Source: Basidiobolus meristosporus CBS 931.73 (Eukaryota > Fungi > Basidiobolomycota). From it: DNA of 64,000 bases. The notes below the pieces were generated by a model that saw nothing but the letters and a program-made list of their open reading frames with translations, was not told the origin of the DNA and made no database searches. The stretch spans positions 1 through 64,000 of the forward strand of contig MCFE01000105.1 of assembly GCA_002104905.1 (NCBI GenBank). Direction: 5' to 3'. Below, piece by piece: positions 22,205 to 34,252 of the stretch (the stretch's first letter is position 1; every line of letters begins with the position of its first letter). Position numbers and translations under genes: made by a program.

Positions 22205-24106
22205 CTACAGGGACAAGCCGTATGCATTAATGGCCTTCAAGGCTTCCACGGCGGTCATTACAATTGGTTGGACTTTGGAAGCTTGGACCAGGAGTTTCAG
22301 CCGGGCTACAACGTCGGTCTTTGATTTTATCATCTTCTGCGCGCACTCCTTGTCTGTTTTGGCGATGTTCTTCAAACATTCAACACCCCGATGCTGAAGT
22401 TCAGGCGACTCGTTGGGCTTGATGAGGTCGGAGAGGATCTCAAAGGTACGTGAATCATCAGCCAGCCAGCGGCACACATCCCCCTCGTTAGATAGAATGG
22501 CTATTGCGCCACTGGCCGCGCGCCGTGTAGCAAAGTCCTCAACATCCGAGAGCGCCAAAAGGACCTTCCTCTTGTTTTCACTGCCCTTGGAGCAGTACAC
22601 CTCGTAGACAGACTGGCACATCATCATGTTGCACATCGTTTCGGTTGCTGCTCTACGAACCATCTCGTGGTCGGAAAACATGAGGTTCTCAAATTCCTCC
22701 ATCCCGTTGGCTTTGACTACCCTTTCTCGGACCTGTTCACTGATGCTGGTGATATTTGTCAGAGCCAAGAGTGACTCGAACTGGCCAAGCTGGCTTTCTC
22801 CTTTGCACTGTTGAACGAACAGGCGGACAAGCTCGTAGATCTGGTTGTCTCGAAACGCCACGGTGGGGTCCATAGTGATGGCAATCTTCGCCAATGCGTG
22901 GGACGCTATCGCACTGGCCTGTTTCTCATTGGAATTTCCAATGGATAGTAGGACCCTCACACCACCCCCCTGGACGATGAGGCCGCGGTTTTCTGGCTTC
23001 GTGGCAATGTTCAAAAACACCCGGGCTACTAGCTGACGGATGTTTGGACTGGTGTTTTTTGCGATGGTTACCAAAGTCGAGATACCGTCTGACTGTAGGA
23101 CCTGGCGAATTCTCTTTTCCACAAACTCTTCTTCATTTTCGGGTTCCGACTCCTGCTTTTCATTCTCCTTAGCCAAACGCTTGAGCTTCATCATTTGCTT
23201 TTGCTCTTCGGAAAGTCGCGGCTTGTAGTTGGTGAGATTTGTAAGGATTACTGCCACGCCATACTGCACCGTGGTGTTAGTTTCCTTCTTCGCCATGGCG
23301 CCTAGAGCCTTCAGCAGAGCAGGGTTCTCCGCGATCTCTTGCTTGTACTTGGCTTTCTGTAAAGTCAGATAAGAAAGCCCTTCAATCGCATTGGTCTTCA
23401 GCACGGTTTCCATCTCGGCATCGAGGATTATGGTGATGAAGAGCCGCAGCAACTTGCTATCCTTGAGAAGAGTGGCAGCCAGGTTCTTGTCCACAAACAG
23501 GAGTTTGGATAGCACAACTGCACTGTACGACTTGAGTTTTTGACTGACGCCAGACACAAGGAGCTGCTTCAGAAAATCCGCACAGTGAATGGCTACATTG
23601 TTGCGGCAAGTCTTATCTGTGCAGGCGTAAGAAAGCATCTCAACCAGCGACTCCTGAACCTTCTCCGAGTCAAACTCACTCAAGTCCATGATTTCGGCGA
23701 GGAATCCGTCCCGGTTGAACAGAGCTCCGCCTAACTCGGGGCTGACTTGGAAAGCGACCCCTAGCAGCCGATAAGCCCTGACCTTCACTTCGGATTTGGT
23801 TGAATCCAACCAATCATCGATAATCTCTCTGACCATCTTTTGAATCTTCTCTTTATCTGGGAGCAATTCATAGGCCTTGGTGAAAATCATTAGTGAAAGT
23901 GCCTTCTGTGCTGTAACTGTGTCCTGGATGGTGGCGACAAGGATGTCGTGGAATTCCTCCGAATCCACCACTTCCTGGGCAGCTTCTGGGGTCAGCAAAT
24001 TCTGCAACACCTTCTTAAGATGAGAAGCACGCTCTTCATGGTCCGAAGCACTCTCGTTCAGAGAAAGGCTTTTCAAGGTATTGTCTATTGATGAGGAGTC
24101 CTCCAT
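22205..24106 (-). CDS. SHE4: UCS-domain myosin chaperone She4/Rng3/CRO1 (UNC-45 family, no TPR); apparently intronless
   Basis: 633-aa ARM-like ORF with AIEGLSYLT, GLIVQGGGV, HALAKIAIT..P..AF, FESLLALTN, VRRAATETMCN and RRAASGAIAILS. Confidence 0.9.
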   Translation of the reverse strand: MEDSSSIDNTLKSLSLNESASDHEERASHLKKVLQNLLTPEAAQEVVDSEEFHDILVATIQDTVTAQKALSLMIFTKAYELLPDKEKIQKMVREIIDDWLDSTKSEVKVRAYRLLGVAFQVSPELGGALFNRDGFLAEIMDLSEFDSEKVQESLVEMLSYACTDKTCRNNVAIHCADFLKQLLVSGVSQKLKSYSAVVLSKLLFVDKNLAATLLKDSKLLRLFITIILDAEMETVLKTNAIEGLSYLTLQKAKYKQEIAENPALLKALGAMAKKETNTTVQYGVAVILTNLTNYKPRLSEEQKQMMKLKRLAKENEKQESEPENEEEFVEKRIRQVLQSDGISTLVTIAKNTSPNIRQLVARVFLNIATKPENRGLIVQGGGVRVLLSIGNSNEKQASAIASHALAKIAITMDPTVAFRDNQIYELVRLFVQQCKGESQLGQFESLLALTNITSISEQVRERVVKANGMEEFENLMFSDHEMVRRAATETMCNMMMCQSVYEVYCSKGSENKRKVLLALSDVEDFATRRAASGAIAILSNEGDVCRWLADDSRTFEILSDLIKPNESPELQHRGVECLKNIAKTDKECAQKMIKSKTDVVARLKLLVQASKVQPIVMTAVEALKAINAYGLSL

Positions 24107-24355
24107 GCTGAGTTAAGCCGATGTGAAAATTGGGTTGGTTTCTGGTTGAAAATACCAACATAAAAACGGACTCGATCATAGAAATATTGATGATTTGATG
24201 AACATCATCGAAAATAGTAGAATATCAAGCATAATGCTATGGAGAGGATTTTAATGTGTGTAGACTCTATGTGGATCACCGTCTAATTATACAAGCCTAT
24301 TCGGAATGAGAAGAGTGTCTGGAAAGTGCAGCTCTCCCTTGGTGTTTAGAAAAAT

Positions 24356-26694
24356 TCACAAAGTGAAGTCAAATTCTTTGAAAACTGCTTTGAATTCCTG
24401 TGCATCCTCTTTCTCCTGATCCTCGTCCTTAGCACAGGCTTTCCAATCCTCACGCTCAGGGTATCCCAGCAGTCTAGAGAGGACTATCCGTCCGAATTGC
24501 AGATTGAATCGAGCCTTGGGTAGGATCTCGTGCGCCAGAATCTTGCCATTTGGGAGCTCTACCTTGAAGTATTGAGCATTCGGGTGGTCCTAGCAACAAC
24601 CAGATCAAAACCTGTAGCAAACAACCTTACGAAAGACGGACTTACCGGAACATGTTCGCTGAGCATCATACCCATGTTGTCTGCTTCTTGAACGAAGGCA
24701 TTCTCGAGATTCTCCACCAGATGTCTGGGAATTGGGACCACCTAGCAATACAATTAGGCTTTGGTAGGGAAAGTAGGGGTCGTGTTTTCCTTCAGTTACC
24801 TGAACATGTGCGTGGTTGAAGCGACCCTCTCTAGAAATCTCAAAGGACACCATCTCGCAGTCATACTTTGCGTACAGCTCCTTCAGGGCTTTCTTGTACT
24901 TTTCAAGCTCCGACATGATGCCATCATAGGCCTCAGGGTTGATTCGGTTGAAAGAGGCATAGTGTCCGATGGGGATTAGCAAAGCATGTCCACCGCCGGG
25001 GATCAGCCCAATGTCCTCGTCGTTGGTGTCGATTAATCCTCCTTTGGCCAGGGTCACGTAGAGCTCCGAGCCGATGCTAACGATTAAATGCTTGGCAATC
25101 TTGGGGTTGGACAAACAGAACCAACAGGGATCTGATCAATGATGCATAGTCAGCGCGCATTCTTAGAGCAAGGGTTTCTAGCGCCCTACCTTTCTCACCA
25201 CCTCTTCGACTGCTGTCTTCCTCCGCTTTCTTCGGGCAATCACGAATCCAGTGTCCAGGGACTTGACAGATCTTGCAAACATAGTCATCTGGGGGAACTT
25301 GCGAGGTGCTCTCAACCTTGGTTGGGCAGTCACGTATATGATGGCCTGGCTGGTTGCATTTATTGCACACGTAATTGGGAGGAAGGGTGCGGGCTTGCTT
25401 GTTGACCTCGGCACTGTTTTCCCAGAAATAGTTGCCGGACTGGATTCTAATATTAGTGTCGGAAACGCAAAGTATGGGCGGTCACTATCTCTTTTACCTG
25501 GCTCATGTTGGCGTGGCTCCTCTTCTTTCCCTGCGTGGCGTGTTTCGAATACGGGCACTCGGTAGAGTTGGGTGGTACTACGGTCAGCACATCAAACGAA
25601 AGGTTTACAGCGGGGACGACGTTCATGGCGTAGAACCACTACAGGAAATGGGTTAGACACGCGCTAAGGGCGGCTGGAGAGGACGGCCACGTTACCCTCG
25701 TCTTCAATGTATTCCCCATCTCGCCTAACCCAATGAAGCGGGTGGCCCTTTGCGCGACGGAGTCGTCTTTCGCGTGGATTTCGTTTTTGTATGGCTCTCT
25801 TTCGAAGAAAATCTTTTCCTGTGTCGCAAAGTGATATCTAGGTTTCAAGGCGGTGGCGATTTTGGCGATGTTGGGTGAACCGGAGGTGATCTGTTGGCTG
25901 GGTGTTAAGCTGGAATGATGCATCAAGCCTTCAGGCCATTCGTATGTTAGCAGGACATCTACTCCGTCAAAGCCCCCTTGTTGTGTTGCCTTCATCAGGC
26001 CCTCAACATCAGTGGTGCTGTAGTATTGTGAGGTGGCAGGGGCATTGTCCTTTGAATGGCATTTAGCGTTGTCTCGAGCCAAGTACTTATCTAATCGGAA
26101 TACATACTGCTTGTTCCGGCTCATCCAGATGCTGCGAGTAAGCGCCACTGATGTATGCGATGCTCAATCCCTGAGAGGTCTTTAGGATCCCGGCTTTTCC
26201 TGAGTGAAGCAAGTGAGGAAAATGGAGGTCAATCGGAGCTACAGCCACAGACCAGTATTAAATCACTTACCTAGGTAGAACAAGTTGGGGCAGACCTCGC
26301 CGTGGTTTCGGTCAATCTTATTCTGAACAATCTCGGGAATACTGTTGGCGCCCGAGATAAAGTAGGTAGTCACCGGGACTGAGGAGGAAAAGAAAGCTCC
26401 GGGTTTAGAAATCCCATCGTCAACACTCAACTTCCGAGAAAAGGCTATTCAAACCGTTGATCTTGTCCTGAACCAGATCCTCCAGATCTTCCTGGTCGTT
26501 CCCGAAGAAATCCCCCGCGCAGAGCAGAATGTCGAACGGTCCATTCTTCTTGTTGATCAACTCGATCTTACTGAAAAGCTGCTTGATCTTCCCGTGGACA
26601 GAGCCAACTACGATTCTATTGGGGAAGCATTAGTAAGCGCTTGGTGAGCAACCAAATCAAACCAAACTGACGTTTTCAAGGGGGCTGAACTCAT
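24356..26694 (-). CDS. DRN1: Debranching-enzyme partner Drn1/CWF19-like 1 with two CCHC zinc knuckles; multi-exon
   Basis: N-terminal IVVGSVHG..INKKNGPFDILLCAGDFFG, DVLLTYEWP, LKPRYHF, FFEREPY, ATRFIGLG; knuckles CNKCNQPGHHIRDC and CKICQVPGHWIRDC; CwfJ domain CWFCLSNP..KHLIVSIG, GGGHALLIPIGH, HAHVQ, ending EFDFTL*. Confidence 0.92.
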
Positions 26695-27008
26695 TCTGCC
26701 AGGTTAGAGTCTGGGTAAACCAAGTAGCTAAACAACGACGATTTAATTCCATTTACGAGGAAGATAAGGTGGCATTCAAGTATATTAGGAGTACTATTCC
26801 AGAATGTATCGGATCCAGTACAGTGTCACATGGTAAGGGAAAGCCGAATCCGACACCAATGCCAGTCTAAGTAAGGCAGATCTCACATTTTGATCCATAT
26901 GGGTAATCTCGTATACAACGGTGGTTTTTTTCAGCTCCACTCGGAACCATACGAGCACATATAATCCTGAAGTGCTTAGCAGCAACACGTTAAGATACAC
27001 AGAGGAAT

Positions 27009-27329
27009 ATGTCTGAGGTAGGTGGCCAGTAGTTTGTTCTTCTCTGAGTCCTATTAACCCTTGTCCCTCAGAAATTAAAGCTACTTTATTTCGCCAGTGC
27101 CCAAGATGCCGCTCAAGTCCAAGAGGAGACCCTCTTGCTGACTGAGTTGCCCACCCCTAATGTCGCCTCTTTGATCGCTTGGATGACAGAGAAGTATCCG
27201 GGCATGGGCAAACTCTTCTCCAGCAACACCATGCTCGCAGTGAACATGGAGTATGTGGAACTGGACTCCCAAGTTGCCCTGAAGGATGGGGATGAAGTCG
27301 CCGTTATTCCCCCCGTCAGCGGTGGTTAA
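27009..27329 (+). CDS. MOCS2A: Molybdopterin synthase sulfur-carrier (small) subunit, MoaD/ThiS fold; intron 27018-27071
   Basis: MSE/KLKLLYFASAQDAA..LAVNMEYV..LKDGDEVAVIPPVSGG*, with C-terminal diglycine. AATAAA at ~27505. Confidence 0.93.
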
Positions 27330-27889
27330 TCTTGAATATAGAAGGACGCACGTACTTCCCTTTGCAGAGCTATGCTCCTGCGGCTGTTCCGGTACCGTTC
27401 TTGGTTAGAAGCCGACGAGACTTGGCGAGTAAGTTGTATATGCTTTAGTGGGTTGGTACGGGTCGTTCGTCAATACCTGTAGCCACCTCTCGTCCTATGG
27501 TCCGAATAAAGAATGTTCGTTTTCGCTGTGACAATCGCTCAGTCCATTGCTGATGAAGCCAATCCAATTTTGCGTCTGATATTCAGAATTAGTTGGGTGC
27601 AGTATCCGAATTGAGTTTGTTCTCTACCAGATTTTTCAGGTGTTACTCCTCAATATCTATATTACTTGGCCATTTAGATCTTTGTATACCCATACAAACA
27701 TCAGCCACAGACAAATTGAATATCTGAGTTCACAATTGGATTGAGTTTTGTAGTTGATATGAGTATCCAGTTGAGTGGGACCATGGTAAGTTTCGTTAAT
27801 GAAATCTAAATGCTCCAGTAACTTGGTCACCTGGATTGAAACTTAAAAGCCCCAGTATTTAGGCTGAGGCAATAATTATATGATTTACT

Positions 27890-28030
27890 TTCTTTTCTTT
27901 GTCAAACCCTCCTGAAAAATTAATTGGTCCCACAGGTGGATCCAATCCAGACCAACAGTCAGGATCCTGCAATGAGGCTGTAATAATGTCAGCAGCTTGG
28001 AACTCTTGATCCTCTTCATGATGGGATTGT
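27890..28030 (-). mobile_element. Short fragment of CACTA/Tnp2-type transposase
   Basis: Alignable by eye to 34910-35010 and 48950-49030 (ggtcccacaggtg..atccaatccag..cagcagcttggaa), which lie in or next to the Tnp2-like relics. Confidence 0.55.
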
Positions 28031-28241
28031 CATAGTGTTTTGACAGCCTTATAGTTGTTGTAAGAGATTTGGAGATATTGAAGGCACTGGGTGAACAAGT
28101 GGATTATGTGGTTTTTGTTATAAGATATTTGGAGATGTTGAAACCCTGTGATAAATAATTGTGATGATCCTGTCAAATGGCTGTCACAAAGTTAAAATCC
28201 CATAACTAAGAGATATTGATGCTGTTAGGACTCCATACAAT

Positions 28242-28948
28242 TGTTGTAAGAGTCTTGGAAATATTAGAAGTGATTGGGAGGACATGTAGATTATGTGGTC
28301 TTCACTTAATGATTTATTGAATGTAAAAGTAGCATTTACCTTTTACATGGTACTGGCATAACAAACATGTAGAATAGGCTTAGGAAAATCCCAAGAATAT
28401 GTGTGTAAAGTGTGGGGCTGTTTGGGCAACTCTGAGAATTTTCATGTTCTGGGTACCTGAAATATTGGTGAGAAGATTCTAAGTAAATTCCAATAAGGAA
28501 TCTGGTCAGTATCCTATAGGATTTGAAGGTAATGATCTAAGTGACTAAGTTAGGTGATTATTTAGGTGGAATTGCAAATTTTTACAACACTCCCACTCCA
28601 CCACATGTTTGTACTGACTAGTCCTAATGTTGACATAACATATTCAAATTTGTCTCTAGCTAATGGCTTGGTAAGTTTATCTGCAATCATTTCATCCATA
28701 GGACAGTAGACAAAGCTAACTAAGCTATTCTCTATAGCTTCACATATGAAATGATGTCTAATATCTATGCGCTTAGTTCTAGCATGAAAAGTTGGATATC
28801 CACCTAATTTTATACATTCTTGATTATCTTGAAGTTAAGTAATTGGCATTTTCTGACATAAACCTAAATCTTTAGAAAGCTTTCTCAGCCAAATTGCTTC
28901 TTTTGTATCTTCACAGGCTGCCATTTACTCTGCTTCTGTGGTAGAAAG
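28242..28948 (-). mobile_element. 3' end of a Ty1/copia element: RNase H remnant, PPT and 3' LTR (28242-28589)
   Basis: Minus strand reads LSTTEAE*MAA..AIWLRK..QDNQ..FHARTKRIDIRHHFI..MIADKLTKPL, then PPT GGAGTGGGAG, then an LTR TGTTGT...ACAACA. It is interrupted at 28948 by a + strand copia LTR. Confidence 0.88.
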
Positions 28949-31900
28949 TGTTGTAAAAATTTGTAATTCCACCTGAATATTCACCTAACTTAGTCACTTA
29001 GATCATTACCTTCAAATACTGGAGAATACTGACCAAATTCCTTGTTGGGATTTACTTAGAATATTCTCACCAATATTTCAGGTACCCATAGCATGAAAAT
29101 TCTCAAAGTTGTCCAAACAGCCCCAAACCTTGCACACATGCTCTTGGGACCTTCCTTAACCTGTTCTACGTGTTTGAAATGCCAAGACCATGTAAAAGTA
29201 TAAATACTACTTTTACATTTACCAAATCATTAAGTGAAAACCACATAATCTACTTATCCTGTCAATCACTTCCAATATCTCCAAGGCTCTTATGACAGGT
29301 TATGAGTCCCAAGCTGTCACTCTCTGCAATGTCTACTACTGTTATTACGGGAATTTTTCCCTCTGCTGAAAAGTTGGATGGATTTAACTACCAAGTGTGG
29401 AGGTGAAGATGAAGATGCTGCTACAAGAAAGAGACCTTTGGTATATTGTCATGGGAGAAGAATGCCCTCCTAAATATGTGGGAGAAGAAGCCTTAAAGTA
29501 CTAGAAGAGAGAACAAAGTACCTTTACTGCATTTGCCTTAATGTTAAAGACAAATTGCTAATTCAATGCTCAAGAGCAAAAATGGCAAAGAATGACTGGA
29601 AGGCATTAGAAGACACCTACCAGTCATGTTCAGTTGCTAAGAAAATGTATCTGAGACAAAAATTCTTTACTACAAAGATGCTGCCAGGAGAAGAAATGAA
29701 AAATCTAATTAGCAGAATTACTCTGCCTGTGGATGAAATGGAATCTGTGGGTGTACCACTACTGATGGGGATGTGATAGTTACCATCCTGAATAGCCTGA
29801 CAGACAGGTTTCAGGGCCTTGTATCAGCCCTAGAGTCCAGAACTGAAGATTTGGCCTTAAAATACGTATATGGAAGGCTCCTGGATGAAGAATTAAGAAA
29901 ATCAAGCACCAATAAGAAGGAAGAGGAAAATGCTTTAATAAGCAATGATAGCCAAGAAAGCAGGTAACTAATACCCTACAAAGGCAACAGCAACCTGTTT
30001 TGCAACTACTGCAAAAGGAAAGGATGCACATCAGATCAATGTCTCAAAAAGAAAGATAATCAGCAAAAGAAGCCTGAATATGGAAATGCTGCAACAACTA
30101 AAGATAGACTATTCATATCTGCACTAAATATGACCACAAACAAGGATTCTCAGGCATGGTACATTGACTCTGGAGCATCTCAACACTTTACACACCAAAA
30201 AGAACTTTTTACCCAATAGACTGTTCCATTATGCCATTGATCATATAGCCAGAGAGTGATGTATATTTTGTTATTAATATGATATTTTAGGGTCATATGC
30301 ACGTCAATTTTGATCCTAAATTGTCACTGTATGGCACCATCTGGCACTCTGAGGCATGATCAGGCACCATCTGGCATGCAATGGCACTATTGGGCACTAT
30401 GATCAGCTGGAATGATGGAACAAGTCTAATATCAAGAAATTCCAATTAAGAGGGTTTTCATGGGTGACAATAGAACACTTGATGCAGTGGGAGATGGAAC
30501 TATCCAAGTAAACCTTAGAAGCAGTGGAGGAAGACATACACTGACCGTTAAAGAAGTACTTTATGTACCAAAAATAGGCAAGAATCTACTATCTGTAAGC
30601 AAGGCTTAAGTAGAAGGACTCAGTTTCAGCATTGACAATTCTGGATGCAGGATCACTGATCAAAATGGTGCCCATATTGCTTTGGGTAACAGAGATCAGA
30701 ATCTATACACGTTGACTTATACTCCATCATATCTGGAAGCCAATATAAATAACTTAAATGAAGAAACACCAATGCTTTGGCACAGGACATTTGGACACAT
30801 CAATTTTGAATATTTGCGTAAAATGATCAAAGATCAGCAAATTTCTGGAGTAAAAATTGATCCTCTAGCTATTTTGGAGCACTGTCAAGCCTGCATATAT
30901 GGGAAGCAAGCCAGACAACTGTTCAAGAGCTCTGGGTTAATCAAAACTAAGAAGAAATTAGATCTAACTCACTGAGATCTGTGTGGACCTATGCAAAACT
31001 TATCTCTAGGTGGGACAAAGTATTTAATCACTTCACTGATGATTATGCACAATACACATGAGTCTACTTCATGGAGAGAAAGGAAGAAGCTCTGTCTAAA
31101 TTCAGGGAGCTTAATGCCATGGTGGAGAGAGAAACTGATGAAAAAATCAAGAAAATACTTGCTGGCAATGGTGTAGAATATACCTCCAAACTCTTCATTC
31201 ACTTCTGCAAAATTCATGGGATAAAGCAAGAGACTACTGTACTATACTCCCCACAGCAAAAAGGAGTAGCAGGATGTGCAAACAGATCAATAATTGATAT
31301 GGCAAGATCTATGATCCATGATCAAAATTTTTCTATGATTTTTGAGTGGAATCAGTTACAACAGCTGTATGCCTTAAAAATAGGAGGTATAACAGAATCC
31401 TTGTGATTCATCTCCATTTGAAGGATGGTATGAATACAGACCAAATGCAGAACATCTAAGAATATTTGGGTGTACTGCATATGCCAAGAAACTGCCAGGA
31501 AATCAGTCAAAATTTGAGCCAAAAATAGTAAAATATTTATTTTTGGGATACTGCAATGAGAGTAAAGCATACAGACTCTACAATACCAAAGCAAAGAAGC
31601 TAATCAGGTCCAGGAATGTGTTGTTTGATCAAAATTCAAAATTTTCACAAAGCATGAAATTAGATGATGACAAAAATCTGATCTGAAGTCCACCAATTGT
31701 CAGGATTAAATCAGATCAAAACAATGAGAATTTTCTCACTGCAGAGGACTTTACAGCCCTGGTACAGCCTGAATCAGTGCTCAGGAATATCCCAGAAGTG
31801 ATCATTCCAGTATCAAATGCCTGGAGACCCATTTGGACAAGAAATAGCCCAAATTACTGAATCAAGGAGGGTACAAACTTAGCCTATGCCTATTCCATCA

Positions 31901-33737
31901 GTATTGATGAGCCCCAGGCTGCAAAAGAGGCCCAAAATAGCCCTCAGACAGAGTCTTGGAGATCTGCAATGACTGAGGAATATTAGGCCCAGATGGAAAA
32001 TCAACCTTGGAACTTAGCCAAATTACTAATCAGCTAAGAATCAATTGGATGCAGATGAGTCTTCAAGACAAAATACAAGGCTGATGGTACAATGAAAAGA
32101 TACAAAGCACGACTTGTGGCCAAAGGATACTCCCAAACAAAAGGACTTAACTATACTGAGATTTTTGTGCTGGTAGCCAAGTTTATTTCCATCAGATTAA
32201 TATTGGCTATTACAGCCAAATATAAGTTTTTTATTCATCAAATGGATGTAAAAGTGTCATTTTGAATGGAGAACTTGATGAGGATGTGTATATGATCCAG
32301 ACTGATGGGTCTTGCAATCATGATAACCCCCATTTAGTCTGCAAGCTCAAAAAGACTTTTTATGGTCCTAAACAATTACCAAGGGCCTGGAATTGCATGA
32401 TAGATTCTTATTTAGAATCTTTGAGTTTCAAAAGGAGTAATGCTGACTATAGTATATACTATAAGCCAGATAGAGCAAATCCAGTTCTATTAGCTCTATA
32501 TGTGGATGATCTTATTTTAGCTGTCAATAACCTAGAAACATTGGAAGAGACTAAATCCAGTCTATCTGAGGAGCTCAAGATGCCCAATCTAGGAGAACTC
32601 AGTTACTACTTAGGGATTAAGTTCTCCATAGACAGAAGTACCCAGACTATTATCCTAAGCCAATCCAAGTATATTCAAGATATACTAAAGAAGTACAAAA
32701 TGGAAGACAGTAAACCAGCAGCTACCCCAATGGAGACAACACTTAACTTGGTCAAAACTCAACCAAATCAAGAGAGCTTGGTGCTATCTGAAAGGCCTGA
32801 CTTTCCTTATCAATCTGTGGACAGCAGTCTGATATATATCATGCTTGGATCACGTCCAGATATCTCATATTCCGTGAGAGTTGTCAGCCAATATGATCAT
32901 GACTATGGATCTGTTTATATTGCAGCAGTTAAGCAGATTTTTAGAAACCTAAAAGGAACTGCTGATATCAGCTTAAGATAGGTTTAAAAGGATTCAGAAC
33001 AGAATCTTGTGGGATGCTCTGATGTGGATTGGGGACAAAATTTAGAAGACAGAAGATCCACCACAGGATGCACCTTTCTATACTGTTGAGGAGCAATTTC
33101 ATAGAATGCAAAAAAGCAACCAACCATAGCCCTTTCTACCATGAATGCAGAGTATATGGCAGCCTGTATAGCTACAAAATAAGCAATGTGGCTAAGAAGG
33201 CTTTTACAGATTCAGGCCTATGTCAAAAAATGCCTATTGCTTTATTTCATGATAATTAAGGATGTATACAATTAAGTAGAAATCCAGCTTTTCATGCTAG
33301 AACTAAGCAGATAGATATTAGACATCATTTCATATTTGAAGCTATAGAGAATAGCTGAGCTAGCTTAGTTTACTGTCCTTCAGATGAAACAGTTGCAGAC
33401 CTATTTACCAAACCATTAACTAGAGACAAGTTTGAATATCTTAGGTTAAAATTAGGACTAGTCAGTATGTGCATTTAGCTGAGTGGAAGTATTGTAAAAG
33501 TTTGTAATTCCACCTGAATATTATCCTAGCTTAGTCACTTAGATCATACCTTCAAATCCTAGAGAATACTACCAGCTTACTTGTCCAGATTTACTTAGAA
33601 TATTTTCACCAAAAATATCAGGTACCCAGAATATGAAAATTCTATGCTACTTTGGCACTCAATAAATCATTAAGTAAAAACCACATAATCTACTTGTCCT
33701 CACAATCATTTCCAATATCTCCAAGACTCTAACAGCA
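28949..33737 (+). mobile_element. Decayed near-full-length Ty1/copia retrotransposon (5' LTR 28949-29297, 3' LTR 33490-33737)
   Basis: LTR, PBS GGTTATGAG, gag (KLDG.NYQVW), protease (WYIDSGASQH), integrase (LWH..FGH, DLCGP), RT (RYKARLVAKG, LYVDD), RNase H and PPT GAGTGGAAG, with many stops and frameshifts. The LTRs are ~80% alike by eye, the 3' one has an internal deletion, and no TSD was found. Confidence 0.93.
30218..30427. mobile_element. 210-bp MITE inserted in the copia protease region; ~30-bp TIRs; 3-bp TSD AAT
   Basis: AAT|AGACTGTTCCATTATGCCA...TGGAATGATGGAACAAGTCT|AAT. Removing it restores the copia frame (LFTQYQEIPIKRVFMGD). It contains seven GGCA words at exact 10-bp spacing (30331-30400). 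Confidence 0.85.
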
Positions 33738-34252
33738 GTTTCTTGGCTTGTGCTGTTCACCCAAGTATTCTTGGGTGTTTTGTACTTGGTCTGTATCCAT
33801 ACCATGCTTTGTATAGAGTAGAATCAAAAAGCATTCTGTTATAACTCCTGTTTCAAAGGTATGCATCTTTGGCAACTAATTCTGCCCAAAAATTGTAAGA
33901 TAGTTTTTGATCATGGACCATTGAGCTTGCCATGGCAATTATTGATATGTTTGCATGCTCTGCTACTCCATTTTGCTGTGGGGAGTATGGTAAAGTAGTC
34001 TCTTAATTATCCCATCTGCTTTGCAGAAGTGGATGAAGCGTTTTGAAGTATGTTCTCAACTATTTTCAGAGCATATTTTCTTGGTTTTCTACAAGCTGAC
34101 CATAATGCACAGGCAGATAAAAGTGTAGCAAGCACAGTACCTTTGGTTGAAGACCTATATATGCTGCCAAAAAATAAAGCAAAGCTGTCAAGTCCCCAAC
34201 AGAGCTGCATTGCTGACAGCAGCCAAAGAACAGCTGGACAACAGCTTGCTCT

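Noticed and set aside
48-27329. Minor-spliceosome (U12) introns
   Set aside because: No RTATCCTT donor with TCCTTAAC branch in the introns I read; not every APC4 intron was checked.
27330-27600. Bicistronic MOCS2B/MoaE ORF after MOCS2A
   Set aside because: No MoaE-like sequence in any frame downstream.
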